From positions 277,953 to 341,952 of the forward strand of contig CALQZS010000001.1 in the NCBI GenBank assembly GCA_943349945.1: 64,000 bases of DNA. The letters are read 5' to 3'. Positions within the stretch are counted from its first letter, which is position 1, and each line of letters opens with the position of its first letter. Source of the DNA: Candidatus Nomurabacteria bacterium (lineage in GTDB: Bacteria; Patescibacteriota; Minisyncoccia; Phycocordibacterales; SBAW01). This document shows positions 19,533 to 28,243 of this stretch, piece after piece. The translations under genes were made by a program, and so were the position numbers. The notes beneath the pieces were generated by a model. That model saw only the letters and a list, made by a program, of their open reading frames with translations, ran no database searches and was not told the DNA's origin.

Positions 19533-20231
19533 ATGCATCATATAAAAGCTTTTCTTATAACAGTAGTTATTCTTTGTTTTGCGGCTGTGGGCGGCGCCAT
19601 GCTTGCAGGGTTGGGGCTCATCCCGCAACCTATATATTCTTTTTTGTATGAAATAGAAAAAAGTTTGGGGCTCGGCGGCGAGTCGGACATTCCAGCGTTG
19701 CAAAAATTTGAAGGCTACTGGTATGTGGCATTTGTACCCACGATAGAGGAGTCAGAGTTGGGTTCGTGTACGAGCGTTGCGGGCAACCTGCGGGTGCATA
19801 ACGGCATGTTTTCTGGATCCATCGGGCCGTTCGGTTCGTCTGTTGGGGTGCGGGCCAGTACTACAGAAAACGGCACGGTGTCGGGCGTTTTTTCTGCTGC
19901 GGGGATACATCGCGCCACCATCAGTGGGAGAATTCGCGACCAGTTTGGGACGGGTACGTGGGTTGATAACTACGAGTGTCGCGGCACCATTGCGTTTACC
20001 AAACTCGAGCCAGTGGTGGACCCAGTGCAGGGCCACATAACGCAGTTTAGTGGGGAGGTGACGTTGTTCCGCGGCGGTGTGCCGCGTTGGGCTATTGCGG
20101 GGCAACCGCTGTATGTAGGGGACAGAGTAGAGGTGGGAACCAACAGCGAGGCCTTGGTTACCATGGTGCAGAGTGGCAAAACCACCGTCCCAGCAGGTAC
20201 CGGCTTTACCGTCCCCGAGCCCATTAAATAG
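19533..20231 (+). CDS. Hypothetical membrane-anchored protein with C-terminal FecR-like segment
   Basis: N-terminal TM; GEVTLFRGG...GQPLYVGDRVEVG. Confidence 0.6.
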   Translation: MHHIKAFLITVVILCFAAVGGAMLAGLGLIPQPIYSFLYEIEKSLGLGGESDIPALQKFEGYWYVAFVPTIEESELGSCTSVAGNLRVHNGMFSGSIGPFGSSVGVRASTTENGTVSGVFSAAGIHRATISGRIRDQFGTGTWVDNYECRGTIAFTKLEPVVDPVQGHITQFSGEVTLFRGGVPRWAIAGQPLYVGDRVEVGTNSEALVTMVQSGKTTVPAGTGFTVPEPIK

Positions 20232-20254
20232 GTTTACGAAGGTTTGTTTTTTTT

Positions 20255-20342
20255 GTCATCACAACTCTCACCCTCGCCGACGCTCGGGTTCGGTCGCGAT
20301 CCCGCCTCGCGGTCTCGTCTGCTGACTCGACATCGCTCCGGC
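20255..20342 (-). repeat. tRNA-trailing branched structured element (copy behind tRNA-Lys)
   Basis: GCCGGAGCGATGTC..AGCA..GACCGCGAGGCGG..ACCC-GAGCGTCGGCGA-GGGT; similar to 29000-29081. Confidence 0.8.
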
Positions 20343-20391
20343 TCGGACAAAAGCAGAAAACCTGCCGCAGGGCAGGTGTTTCTGACTTTTG

Positions 20392-20464
20392 TCCGCCCAC
20401 CAGGATTCGAACCTGGGACCATCTCCTTAAAAGGGAGCTGCTCTACCAACTGAGCTATGGGCGG
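20392..20464 (-). tRNA. tRNA-Lys(UUU)
   Basis: Cloverleaf CCGCCCA...TGGGCGG, loop CTTTTAA, GGTTCGAATCC. Confidence 0.95.
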
Positions 20465-20597
20465 GAAGTGAGGAAGGAAAGAAAATCTATATTCTTTCTG
20501 CCCCGAACGACCGGCCATATCCTTCGATATGGGCGGATATGCTGCACTATAGCAAAAGAAAGGGTTTTTGCGAATGCTTTATTTTTTAGCGACTAGG

Positions 20598-21083
20598 CTA
20601 TGTACGTGGATGGGTGAGTACGAACAACGCCACGCCTGTGGCGACGCTCACGTTGAGTGACTCTTTTTTGCCACGCATGGGGATTTCTACAATCACTTCT
20701 GCTTGTGCAAGTAGGGCAGGGGACACGCCGTCTACCTCGTTGCCTACAAGCAGGGCTACTGGTTTGTGTGTGGGGTTGTGTGTAGATGTTTGGAAATCAA
20801 ATATGTTTACGGAGTTTGGCGCTTGCTCGAGTGCTGCGATGCAGTACCCGGCCTTTTGCAAACTTTTCAGCATTGCCTCCGGAGTTTCTACATATTCCCA
20901 TGGCACACTGTCCTCGGCACCAAGCGATACCTTTGCAAAGTCGGTGCGCTTGCGGCCAAAACGATCTAGTGGAGTTGGCGTATAGCCAGACAGGATAATT
21001 TTTTCGACTCCGGCTGCGTCGGCAGTACGGAACATCGACCCTGTGTTGTGGACGCTGCGTATGTTGTGGAGTATGAGGATCAC
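20598..21083 (-). CDS. TrmH/SpoU-family RNA 2'-O-methyltransferase
   Basis: HNIRSVHNTGSMFRTADA, VGNEVDG, IPMRGKKESLNVSVA. Confidence 0.92.
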   Translation of the reverse strand: MILILHNIRSVHNTGSMFRTADAAGVEKIILSGYTPTPLDRFGRKRTDFAKVSLGAEDSVPWEYVETPEAMLKSLQKAGYCIAALEQAPNSVNIFDFQTSTHNPTHKPVALLVGNEVDGVSPALLAQAEVIVEIPMRGKKESLNVSVATGVALFVLTHPRT

Positions 21084-21095
21084 CCCACTGTTGTA

Positions 21096-21497
21096 CTACA
21101 AAGGCAAATCAAACGCGAGTGCACCTGCCCCTGTGAGTAGTAGTGCCAAACATATAGCGCCAAGCAACACATAGGTGCTGCGTGCGAGTGGTGCGATGTG
21201 TTGTAAGCTGCGGCGGATGAGCGACGTTTTGATGGCAATGGCTGCGCCCACAAGCGCGGCTACTTGTGTGTATATCCCAAAGAAAAGCCCCACAGCGACG
21301 AGCATTTCAAAAATGACATAAAAAGACGCGGCCACTGCGGCAATAGCTGGGGTGAGTATAGACATCTCTGACGCAACTTCGCTCCGATTGCGGAAGTGGT
21401 GTACCCCCAAGTAGGCAAACAAAAAAGCGGCAGCAATGCGCAGCAGGGTGGGGGCCAAAATAGCGTAGTCGAGCAGTGCAGGTAGTGGGGTAAGCAT
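21096..21497 (-). CDS. DoxX-like membrane protein
   Basis: PTLLRI, E..VAVGLFFGIYTQVAAL, LTGAGALAFD. Confidence 0.75.
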   Translation of the reverse strand: MLTPLPALLDYAILAPTLLRIAAAFLFAYLGVHHFRNRSEVASEMSILTPAIAAVAASFYVIFEMLVAVGLFFGIYTQVAALVGAAIAIKTSLIRRSLQHIAPLARSTYVLLGAICLALLLTGAGALAFDLPL

Positions 21498-21499
21498 AA

Positions 21500-21703
21500 T
21501 TATTGTGTTTGTTCTGTGTTTAGTGGCTCGGGGTTGTAGGGCTGCCCGTCGCCCAGAGGTGGTGGAGGTGCAACTAGTAGGCCGCCTTCGCCGTTGTATG
21601 ATGCGCCCCGCATCCACCACAGTACACCAAGGACAAAGAGTATGCCGAGTATAAAAAATACTGGCTCGTATGGGCTGCCTGCGGGTGCTTTGTCGTCTGC
21701 CAT
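21500..21703 (-). CDS. Small single-TM hypothetical protein
   Basis: 67 aa, one TM, Pro-rich tail; -10 motif TAGGAT 6 nt before ATG. Confidence 0.65.
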   Translation of the reverse strand: MADDKAPAGSPYEPVFFILGILFVLGVLWWMRGASYNGEGGLLVAPPPPLGDGQPYNPEPLNTEQTQ

Positions 21704-21712
21704 ACCTTTATC

Positions 21713-22975
21713 CTACCGTACCGCAGGTTTTTTGTGCAGGAGTTTATCCAGCTCTTCTTCGGCGACTACTTTGTCGCTCCATTGCTGCTTGCTGCCGCCG
21801 GGCCCCATGATGTATGGGTCGGTGCCTTTGCCTGTAATAAGCACCACGTCACCCTCTGTTGCCTCGCGCAGTGCCTCGTGTATGGCAGTACGGCGGTCGA
21901 GGATAATAAATGGTTTGTGTTTGGTTATACCTGCGGCAATTGCGTCAACGATGTCTTTGGGGTCTTCGTCGTACGGGTCTTCATTGGCCAGGATGATGAC
22001 GTCGCACAACTCGTCGGCTATTTTACCCATCTCTGGACGCTTCCACTGGTCGCGGCCGCCACCAGTTGAACCCATGATGCAAATAAGGCGGCGGCCAGCG
22101 TTTGGCAGGCGGTACGTCTCGAACAATGCGCGAAGCGAGTCTGGGGTGTGCGCATAGTCCACAATGACCGCAAACTTTTGCCCGCGCGAGACACGCTCGG
22201 CACGGCCGGCAATAGGGCGCACATGTTCGAGCGCACGCTGCATGGTCTGGCGGGGTATACGCAGTGCGTCGCCTAGTGCAAGTGCCGCGAGGATATTTTT
22301 GAGGCTAAAGAGCCCAGGTAGTGGTGCGGTAAAGAGCTCTCCTTTTTTGAATAAAAAGCGCACGCTGGTGTCGTCTACGGTGTATGGATCGGCATCTGCC
22401 AAACTAAAAGGTGCGTGCACCTCGACCTCTGCGTCTAAAAACGCCTGGCCGTAGGCATCATCCAAGTTGGCCACAACATAGCGGGGGCGTTTGGGTGACT
22501 CTTCAAGGTGTGTGGCGAGCGACAATTTAGCTGCAGCGTACGCCTCTAGGCTACCGTGCGACTCCAAGTGTTCGGGCTGCAGGTTGGTAAATATAAGCGC
22601 GTCTAAGTCTATGGCTTTGTGGCGGAACTGCCGCGCGCCTTCGGAGGTCATCTCGATTACGGCGTGGGTGCAGCCAGCGTCGAGTGCTTTGCGCAAAAAG
22701 CGCTGCAAGTATGCCCGGCCGGGCATGGTCATTTTAAACTTGTTTGGCTCGCTCTCGTCGCCTATAGCAAAGCGTATGGTCGAGGCGAGTGCCACTTTGT
22801 GGCCGGCTTCTGTAAGGATGGCGCGCACCAACTCGCTGGTGGTCGATTTGCCCTTGGTACCGGTAATAGCAACCACAAACAAGTGCCGGGACGGAAAGCG
22901 GTAGAGCGCCGCACCTGCATATGCAAAGAGTAGGTGGTAGAGGTCGAGTAGTTTTTTGGGTAATAGTTTTTTCAT
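21713..22975 (-). CDS. murE: Mur ligase, MurE-like
   Basis: ITGTKGKSTT, EMTSEG, FTNLQPEHL, VDYAHTPDSL, GGGRD, ITGKG. Confidence 0.88.
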   Translation of the reverse strand: MKKLLPKKLLDLYHLLFAYAGAALYRFPSRHLFVVAITGTKGKSTTSELVRAILTEAGHKVALASTIRFAIGDESEPNKFKMTMPGRAYLQRFLRKALDAGCTHAVIEMTSEGARQFRHKAIDLDALIFTNLQPEHLESHGSLEAYAAAKLSLATHLEESPKRPRYVVANLDDAYGQAFLDAEVEVHAPFSLADADPYTVDDTSVRFLFKKGELFTAPLPGLFSLKNILAALALGDALRIPRQTMQRALEHVRPIAGRAERVSRGQKFAVIVDYAHTPDSLRALFETYRLPNAGRRLICIMGSTGGGRDQWKRPEMGKIADELCDVIILANEDPYDEDPKDIVDAIAAGITKHKPFIILDRRTAIHEALREATEGDVVLITGKGTDPYIMGPGGSKQQWSDKVVAEEELDKLLHKKPAVR

Positions 22976-23547
22976 CGGGTGGGGGTGCCTAAATAGCGCA
23001 GCGCGCTTGCCAAGCGCTCGCGCGTTTCGAGTGCTGGGTCAACTTCTTTGAGTGCGCGGCGAGCCTCGTCGGCTTTGTAGCCCAATGCCATCAATGCCTC
23101 GGCGGCATCGTCGTGCACAGCAGAAGTTGGGTCGGCTGCAACCTCGGTGCCAAGCTTGTCGCGCAGCTCGACAACCATTCGTTCGGCATTTTTCTTGCCT
23201 ATACCAAAGACTTTGGTGAGCGCCGACGCATCGCCCTTTGCTATGGCGCGCTTGAGTGTCTGTGTATCGGCCACGCTCATGATGCCGAGCGCTGTTTTGG
23301 GGCCAATGCCCGAGACGCTCATCAGTTGTTTAAAGAAACGCAGCTCTTCTTGGGTCAAAAAACCGTACAGGTCTATCGCATCATCGCGTACGGCTGTGTG
23401 GATAAAAAGAGATATGTCGCTGCCTGCCTGCCAAGGGGCTTGCCCTGGCTGTGCCGGCAAGCGCACAGTGTAGCCTACGCCGCCCACCTCTATCAAGGTC
23501 ATGCCATCGGAGAGTCCTCCAAAAGTGCCACTGAGCTTGCCTATCAT
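22972..23547 (-). CDS. ruvA: Holliday junction branch migration protein RuvA
   Basis: MIGKLSG, GGVGY, LYGF, VSGIGPKTAL, GIGKKNAER, ALMALGY. Confidence 0.96.
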   Translation of the reverse strand: MIGKLSGTFGGLSDGMTLIEVGGVGYTVRLPAQPGQAPWQAGSDISLFIHTAVRDDAIDLYGFLTQEELRFFKQLMSVSGIGPKTALGIMSVADTQTLKRAIAKGDASALTKVFGIGKKNAERMVVELRDKLGTEVAADPTSAVHDDAAEALMALGYKADEARRALKEVDPALETRERLASALRYLGTPTR

Positions 23548-23641
23548 ATGTCCATCATACTCTAGGCGCACCCCACCCACCAACGGTTTGGTGGGGGAGG
23601 ACTTGTGTTTTTTGGCCGTATTGCGTACTATGCGGCTACAT

Positions 23642-23890
23642 ATGGCAATAACCAAAGGAGCTAAAAAGGCGCATCGCCAGTCTTTGCGCAAAAACGCAAT
23701 GAATAATAAGCGCAAAGACGCTATCCGTGGCGCACTTAAAGGTGCCCGTTTGGCACCAAAAGGCGACAAAGCAGCGCTCGCTGCAGCCTACAAAGCAATC
23801 GACAAAGCCTTGAAGTCGAAGTTGATAAAAAAGAACACTGCTGCACGCCGCAAGGCAAAGGTGGCAAAACTCCTTAAGCCAACAAAATAA
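23642..23890 (+). CDS. rpsT: 30S ribosomal protein S20
   Basis: MAITKGAKKAHRQS...AYKAIDKA...IKKNTAARRKA. Confidence 0.95.
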   Translation: MAITKGAKKAHRQSLRKNAMNNKRKDAIRGALKGARLAPKGDKAALAAAYKAIDKALKSKLIKKNTAARRKAKVAKLLKPTK

Positions 23891-23896
23891 GCTACA

Positions 23897-23924
23897 CAAA
23901 ACCCCGGCAAAAGCCGGGGTTTTG
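23897..23924. terminator. Intrinsic terminator after rpsT
   Basis: CAAAACCCCGGC-AAAA-GCCGGGGTTTTG. Confidence 0.85.
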
Positions 23925-23953
23925 ATTTGGGGAGAACAGCAACCCTTTGAGTT

Positions 23954-23974
23954 TGTAGAAGTCAGACTTCTACA
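23954..23974. repeat. 21-bp REP-like palindrome with 1-nt centre
   Basis: TGTAGAAGTC-A-GACTTCTACA. Confidence 0.75.
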
Positions 23975-23984
23975 GGTTGGTTCG

Positions 23985-24090
23985 GCCGGATCGCCCGCGG
24001 CTCTCGGCTCGTCGTCACTTGCCTCGGCCTGGGCACCGCCTCGCTCCCGCATCTGCTGATGCGGGGCCCGCTCCGGCGTTCGATTCCTGC
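23985..24090 (-). repeat. tRNA-trailing branched structured element (copy behind tRNA-Arg CCG)
   Basis: GCAGGAATCGAAC (antisense to its tRNA T-arm)-GCCGGAGCG..CCCGCATC-AGCA-GATGCGGG..GCGAGGCGG..GGC-AAGTGACGACGA-GCC. Confidence 0.8.
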
Positions 24091-24135
24091 ACGCACGCAA
24101 AACACTTTGCGTGCTCTCTGCACAAACTTTGTTTG

Positions 24136-24207
24136 TGCTCCCGGCAGGAATCGAACCTGCAGCGCCTCCTTCGGAGGGAGGCATTCTATCCATTAAACTA
24201 CGGGAGC
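24136..24207 (-). tRNA. tRNA-Arg(CCG)
   Basis: GCTCCCG...CGGGAGC acceptor; CCTCC-CTCCGAA-GGAGG anticodon arm. Confidence 0.95.
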
Positions 24208-24311
24208 GATTTGAGACTCTTTGAGGATACGTAAAAAAAGGGATGAGAGCAACAAAAAATCATCCCCCACTCGCAGCTTAGTGCGGTGGGGGACTTGAGC
24301 GTGGACGGCTA

Positions 24312-24668
24312 CTATTTGGGTGCAGCCGCCGCCATTGTTTCTGCGACGAACTGCATGATTTTGGGGACTTCTGCGGATACTATCCCGAAGAACAGGAGCT
24401 TTTGGACGCTCGCGAACGTATCGAGAGCGGCGCCCTTCGACCTGAACTTGCCGGGCATGCCTTTGAGTGCGTAGACGCTCTCTCCGTCTACGCACTGCTC
24501 GCCGATCACTCGGAGAGGCAAGTCAGGTAGGGGCTGCTGTGCGGAGCCTCGTTGGAAGTCCAATTCGACGGCCACTCCCTGCGCGGGAGAGCAGTCCAGC
24601 GCCATCGCCGGGGTGGCGAGGGCGATCGCCACGATGAGGACGATCAGGAAGTTAGGGATGTAGCGCAC
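24312..24668 (-). CDS. Hypothetical secreted protein
   Basis: Signal peptide ...ALATPAMA-LDC; AAGGAG upstream; two Cys. Confidence 0.6.
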   Translation of the reverse strand: MRYIPNFLIVLIVAIALATPAMALDCSPAQGVAVELDFQRGSAQQPLPDLPLRVIGEQCVDGESVYALKGMPGKFRSKGAALDTFASVQKLLFFGIVSAEVPKIMQFVAETMAAAAPK

Positions 24669-24776
24669 TAATAAGTCTCCTTAGTTTAGTTTACGCGTTT
24701 TTTGCACGGAACTGTGCTACTTTTAATTATATACCTTTATTTAATACTTGTCAAGTACATGCGGGGTACCAAAAGC

Positions 24777-25502
24777 CTACTGCACAAAGTGGATGCTTGG
24801 GTGCCCCAGGACACTGGAGATAAAAAAGACAATAGGCACAAGGAGTGGGAGCGCGATAAGAAATGTTGCGGGGATGGCAAGGAGATGGTGGTACAAACGC
24901 ACGGGCTTAAGATTTGCTCGTGCGGGCAGGCAGTAGGCGGGTAGGTAGATCATCAGCCCGTACACAAAAATCCACTGCGCAAATCCAAGCACTTGCATGG
25001 GTCCGCCAAACGACACTTCGGCCAAAATGCCGGTGATGCCAAACAAAACGAACATTGCAAAGGGCTTGAAGTTGTATTTTGACAGGAGCACTGCCCAAGC
25101 GATAAAGAGGGGAATAAAAACAATAACACTGTGGAAGAGTACAAGGTCTATGTAGTTGGTGGTGGCGGTGATGTATGCCTCGCCCAAGTTTGCACCAAAC
25201 AGCGGCGCCATATTGGTGAGCGAGACGGTTAGAGCTTCTTCCGCTAACGCAAGCACTGTAGCAAAAAGCACAAACGTTACTTGCCAGGGTAGGGGGACTT
25301 TTTGCACCCAAGTGCGCACACGGTCGCGGTTTTTGTACATGAGCGTGCCACACACCAGCACCCAGGCACTAAGCAGCCCCCAGCTCATTTTAAGTATGGC
25401 GAGACTGCGCGGGTCGCCCACGGCGGCGGTGAGGAGTGCATTCCAGGCCAATAGCCACAGCCCCAAAAAAACCAAAAACGCTTTTGCAAGAGTTTTTTTC
25501 AT
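24777..25502 (-). CDS. Hypothetical polytopic membrane protein
   Basis: About 7 hydrophobic segments; LALAEEAL and GILAE motifs. Confidence 0.7.
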   Translation of the reverse strand: MKKTLAKAFLVFLGLWLLAWNALLTAAVGDPRSLAILKMSWGLLSAWVLVCGTLMYKNRDRVRTWVQKVPLPWQVTFVLFATVLALAEEALTVSLTNMAPLFGANLGEAYITATTNYIDLVLFHSVIVFIPLFIAWAVLLSKYNFKPFAMFVLFGITGILAEVSFGGPMQVLGFAQWIFVYGLMIYLPAYCLPARANLKPVRLYHHLLAIPATFLIALPLLVPIVFFISSVLGHPSIHFVQ

Positions 25503-25518
25503 ACTACGTAGTATAAAC

Positions 25519-25550
25519 GTAAAAAATGCACCACGTGGTGCATTTTTTAC
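25519..25550. terminator. 32-bp perfect palindrome / terminator behind tRNA-Arg(GCG)
   Basis: GTAAAAAATGCACCAC|GTGGTGCATTTTTTAC. Confidence 0.75.
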
Positions 25551-25556
25551 TAGTCT

Positions 25557-25631
25557 TGGTGCTCCCGGCAGGAATCGAACCCACATTGCATCCTCCGCAA
25601 GGATGCGTCCTATCCATTGAACGACGGGAGC
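25557..25631 (-). tRNA. tRNA-Arg(GCG)
   Basis: CATCC-TTGCGGA-GGATG anticodon arm; encoded CCA. Confidence 0.93.
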
Positions 25632-25657
25632 TTGTTAGTAACTTACAACAGATATGC

Positions 25658-26158
25658 TTATAAACCAAGTATGTCGGCGAGGTGCTCGGCAAAGTGCGGA
25701 TGCTGCTCCTCTTCTTTTACAAACTGCGCAAGATAGTCGCGCACCTGTGCGGCATGCGCCACATCATCCAACGGCACCACCATGTGTGGCGACAATACGC
25801 CGCTGGTGGTCAAAAAAAGCCGCGCCTGGCGTTCGTAGTCTGGGTCTGGCTCGTCCAACTCTTCTTCTACCTCTACCCAAAATGATTTTATCGATTTAAA
25901 AGGGTACCTGGTGCCGTCTATCACGACGCCACGCTTGTCTATGTGTACGGTGTGCTCGCGTGGGCCGCGCGCCACGAGGATGCCGATGGACCCCATGCCA
26001 ATAGCCAAGATGCCCGCGAGCATATAATTTTTAAAAAAAATAGATGCGGCGATGCCTACGACTGCGATAAGTCCAAACGCCCAGTACCAGTCGGTCGACC
26101 GGTCTTTGTGCGTGTGTGTAAGAACGCTCCATGTTATGGTATTTTCCTGACCATCCAT
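25658..26158 (-). CDS. Conserved CPR-type two-TM hypothetical protein
   Basis: RSTDWYW, two TM, YPFKSIKSFW PH-like C-domain. Confidence 0.7.
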   Translation of the reverse strand: MDGQENTITWSVLTHTHKDRSTDWYWAFGLIAVVGIAASIFFKNYMLAGILAIGMGSIGILVARGPREHTVHIDKRGVVIDGTRYPFKSIKSFWVEVEEELDEPDPDYERQARLFLTTSGVLSPHMVVPLDDVAHAAQVRDYLAQFVKEEEQHPHFAEHLADILGL

Positions 26159-26182
26159 TACTAATAGTATACACTCACTACC

Positions 26183-27172
26183 ATGAAGCGCAGTTTCGTC
26201 GTCCCCATTATAGAGAAGGTTGCAAAGGACATGGGTGTGGAAGTGTATATCGAGCCGTGGGGATATGCGGGCACTTTGGTGTTGCAGGGTGGGGGCAAGC
26301 GCTATTTTAGAGGAGCGAGTTTTGATTTGAATACACTGGGTGCATCCGAGATAGCAAAAGACAAAGACTACGCGGCGTACTTTTTAAAACGCTTAGGGTA
26401 CCCAGTGCCCGAGGGTAAAACATTTTTTGCACCCAAGTGGGCAGCGGTGTTGGGGAGCGAGCGCACGGCGGATGCGGCGTGTGCGTATGCAGAAAGTTTG
26501 GGTTGGCCAGTGATAGTAAAACCCAATAGTCGCAGCCAAGGCAGGGGGGTGGCAAAAGCGTGGAATGAAAAAGAGCTACGGCAGGCAATAGAAGAAATTG
26601 AAGTGTATGAAAATGTGTACCTGGTGCAGTGCGTGGCGAGGGGGCGCGACTACCGCATCGTGGTGCTCGACGGCGAGGTGATTAGCGCGTACGAGCGTCG
26701 GCCGCTGTGTGTGGTGGGGGATGGAGTTTTGACTGTTGCAGAATTGCTAACAGAAAAACAAAAACAGTTTGTGCAAGGCGGGCGAGACACCATTGTTCCC
26801 ACCGAAGACTTTCGCATCGACAACACACTTGCACAGCAAGGGCTCACGCTAGAGTCGGTACTTGAAAAGGGGAAAGAGGTAGAGCTGCTCCCCAACGCAA
26901 ACCTCTCGTCGGGCGGTGATGCATTTGATGTAACCGACGTGTTGCATCAAGAGTGGCACACGCTTGCGGCGCGCATAGCCCACGATGCAAACCTGCGCTA
27001 CATAGGCATCGACATTATGACCGAAGCGCCTTTGTCGGACGCGCCAAACGAGTACATTATTTTGGAAATAAATTCTGCTCCTGGGCTCGACAACTATGCA
27101 ACGCTAGGGGATGCACAGCGCGGCCGCGTGGAGGCAATGTATAAAAAGGTGGTTGAGGCGATGATGAAGTAA
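26183..27172 (+). CDS. ATP-grasp ligase (cyanophycin synthetase/GshAB-like ATP-grasp domain)
   Basis: VIVKPNSRSQGRGV, GRDYRIVV, VVGDG, NANLSSGG, GIDIM, LEINSAPGL. Confidence 0.85.
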   Translation: MKRSFVVPIIEKVAKDMGVEVYIEPWGYAGTLVLQGGGKRYFRGASFDLNTLGASEIAKDKDYAAYFLKRLGYPVPEGKTFFAPKWAAVLGSERTADAACAYAESLGWPVIVKPNSRSQGRGVAKAWNEKELRQAIEEIEVYENVYLVQCVARGRDYRIVVLDGEVISAYERRPLCVVGDGVLTVAELLTEKQKQFVQGGRDTIVPTEDFRIDNTLAQQGLTLESVLEKGKEVELLPNANLSSGGDAFDVTDVLHQEWHTLAARIAHDANLRYIGIDIMTEAPLSDAPNEYIILEINSAPGLDNYATLGDAQRGRVEAMYKKVVEAMMK

Positions 27173-27247
27173 CCGTACTGTGCGGTACACTCGATATGTA
27201 TATAACTGTAGCGAATTGTGTATAAAAAGTGTATTGTGTTCGCTATT

Positions 27248-27332
27248 GGAGGAGTGGCTGAGAGGTCTAAAGCACCGCACTTGAAATGCGGCGTACCGCA
27301 AGGTACCGTGAGTTCGAATCTCACCTCCTCCG
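27248..27332 (+). tRNA. tRNA-Ser(UGA)
   Basis: GGAGGAG...CTCCTCC, CCGCA-CTTGAAA-TGCGG, long variable arm. Confidence 0.96.
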
Positions 27333-27344
27333 CTTGAATAGGCT

Positions 27345-27788
27345 ATGAAATACCTCGGCATAGATTATGGGACAAAGCGCATAGGCGTGGCTGTGTCGGA
27401 CGACACGGGGACGCTCGCATTCCCCCTGGGGCTAGTGGCGGCGGGTGCGGGGGCGCTCGAGGAGGTGTTGGAGCTTGCCCGCGAGAATGGTGTCGAGACT
27501 TTTGTGTTGGGCGAGTCGCGCAATTTTAAAGGCGAGGCAAACCCGGTGATGCGCGAAATAGAGAAATTTAAAGTGGCGCTCGAGGCAGCGGGGAAGAAGG
27601 TAATACTCGAGCCCGAGTATATGACCAGCGCTGCTGCCGAGCATCAGCACACCCACACGCACGACGCGCACACGGGCCGGCCTACACGCAAAGAGGCGGT
27701 GTCGAAAGAGTTTTTGGACTCCTCGGCAGCTGCGCTTATTTTGCAATCGTTTTTGGATCGAACAAAACAACAATCTGAGGTAGAATAG
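27345..27788 (+). CDS. ruvX: YqgF/RuvX family pre-16S rRNA nuclease
   Basis: LGIDYGTKRIGVAVSD, EYMTS, DSSAAALILQSFLD. Confidence 0.92.
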   Translation: MKYLGIDYGTKRIGVAVSDDTGTLAFPLGLVAAGAGALEEVLELARENGVETFVLGESRNFKGEANPVMREIEKFKVALEAAGKKVILEPEYMTSAAAEHQHTHTHDAHTGRPTRKEAVSKEFLDSSAAALILQSFLDRTKQQSEVE

Positions 27789-27793
27789 ACTAC

Positions 27794-27894
27794 AGCAAAT
27801 AGCAGCATCTCCGGAGTCGCATAATTTTTTGCTAAAAATTTGCTCGTTCTCGCGCCGGCGCGCTGCGAAAGACTCCGTCGACGCTCTATTTGCT
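27794..27894 (-). repeat. Intergenic branched palindromic element related to the tRNA-trailing family
   Basis: Outer stems AGCAAATAG/CTATTTGCT and CGGAGTC/GACTCCG enclosing GCGC-GCCG-GCGC and AATTTTT-AGCA-AAAAATT hairpins. Confidence 0.65.
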
Positions 27895-27911
27895 TCCGAT
27901 ATCATTCATAT

Positions 27912-28241
27912 ATGGAACCTATATCAATTGATGATTTTAAAAAAGTAGAAATTCGCGTGGGCGAAATTTTGTTGGCCGAGCCTGTAGTGGGTTCGGAAAA
28001 ATTGCTGCGTCTGGAAGTAAACTTTGGTACAGAAAAAAGACAAGTGGTGTCGGGTATTGCAAAACACTTTCCCGAGCCTGCTGCGTTGGTGGGCAAAAAG
28101 TGTGCATTCGTAACCAACTTGGCGCCTCGCACGATGATGGGGCTCGAGAGCCAGGCGATGATACTCGCGGCAGGCGGGGATGAAGGCGAGCCGCTGCACC
28201 TATTTGAGTCCACAGCACCACCGGGGTCGCCCGCACGATAA
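27912..28241 (+). CDS. Stand-alone tRNA-binding domain (MetRS C-terminal/Trbp111-like)
   Basis: ISIDDFKKVEIRVG, RQVVSGI, NLAPRTMMGLESQAMIL. Confidence 0.9.
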   Translation: MEPISIDDFKKVEIRVGEILLAEPVVGSEKLLRLEVNFGTEKRQVVSGIAKHFPEPAALVGKKCAFVTNLAPRTMMGLESQAMILAAGGDEGEPLHLFESTAPPGSPAR

Positions 28242-28243
28242 CT

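Noticed and set aside
23636-24193. 185-aa ORF, and 20234-20518, crossing tRNA genes
   Set aside because: They run through tRNAs and GC-rich structured repeats; spurious
24135-25581. 23-bp direct repeat (GTGCTCCCGGCAGGAATCGAACC) flanking two hypothetical genes, as attL/attR
   Set aside because: Both copies are the 3' ends of complete Arg isoacceptor tRNAs and there is no integrase; paralogy explains it, although the enclosed genes may be acquired
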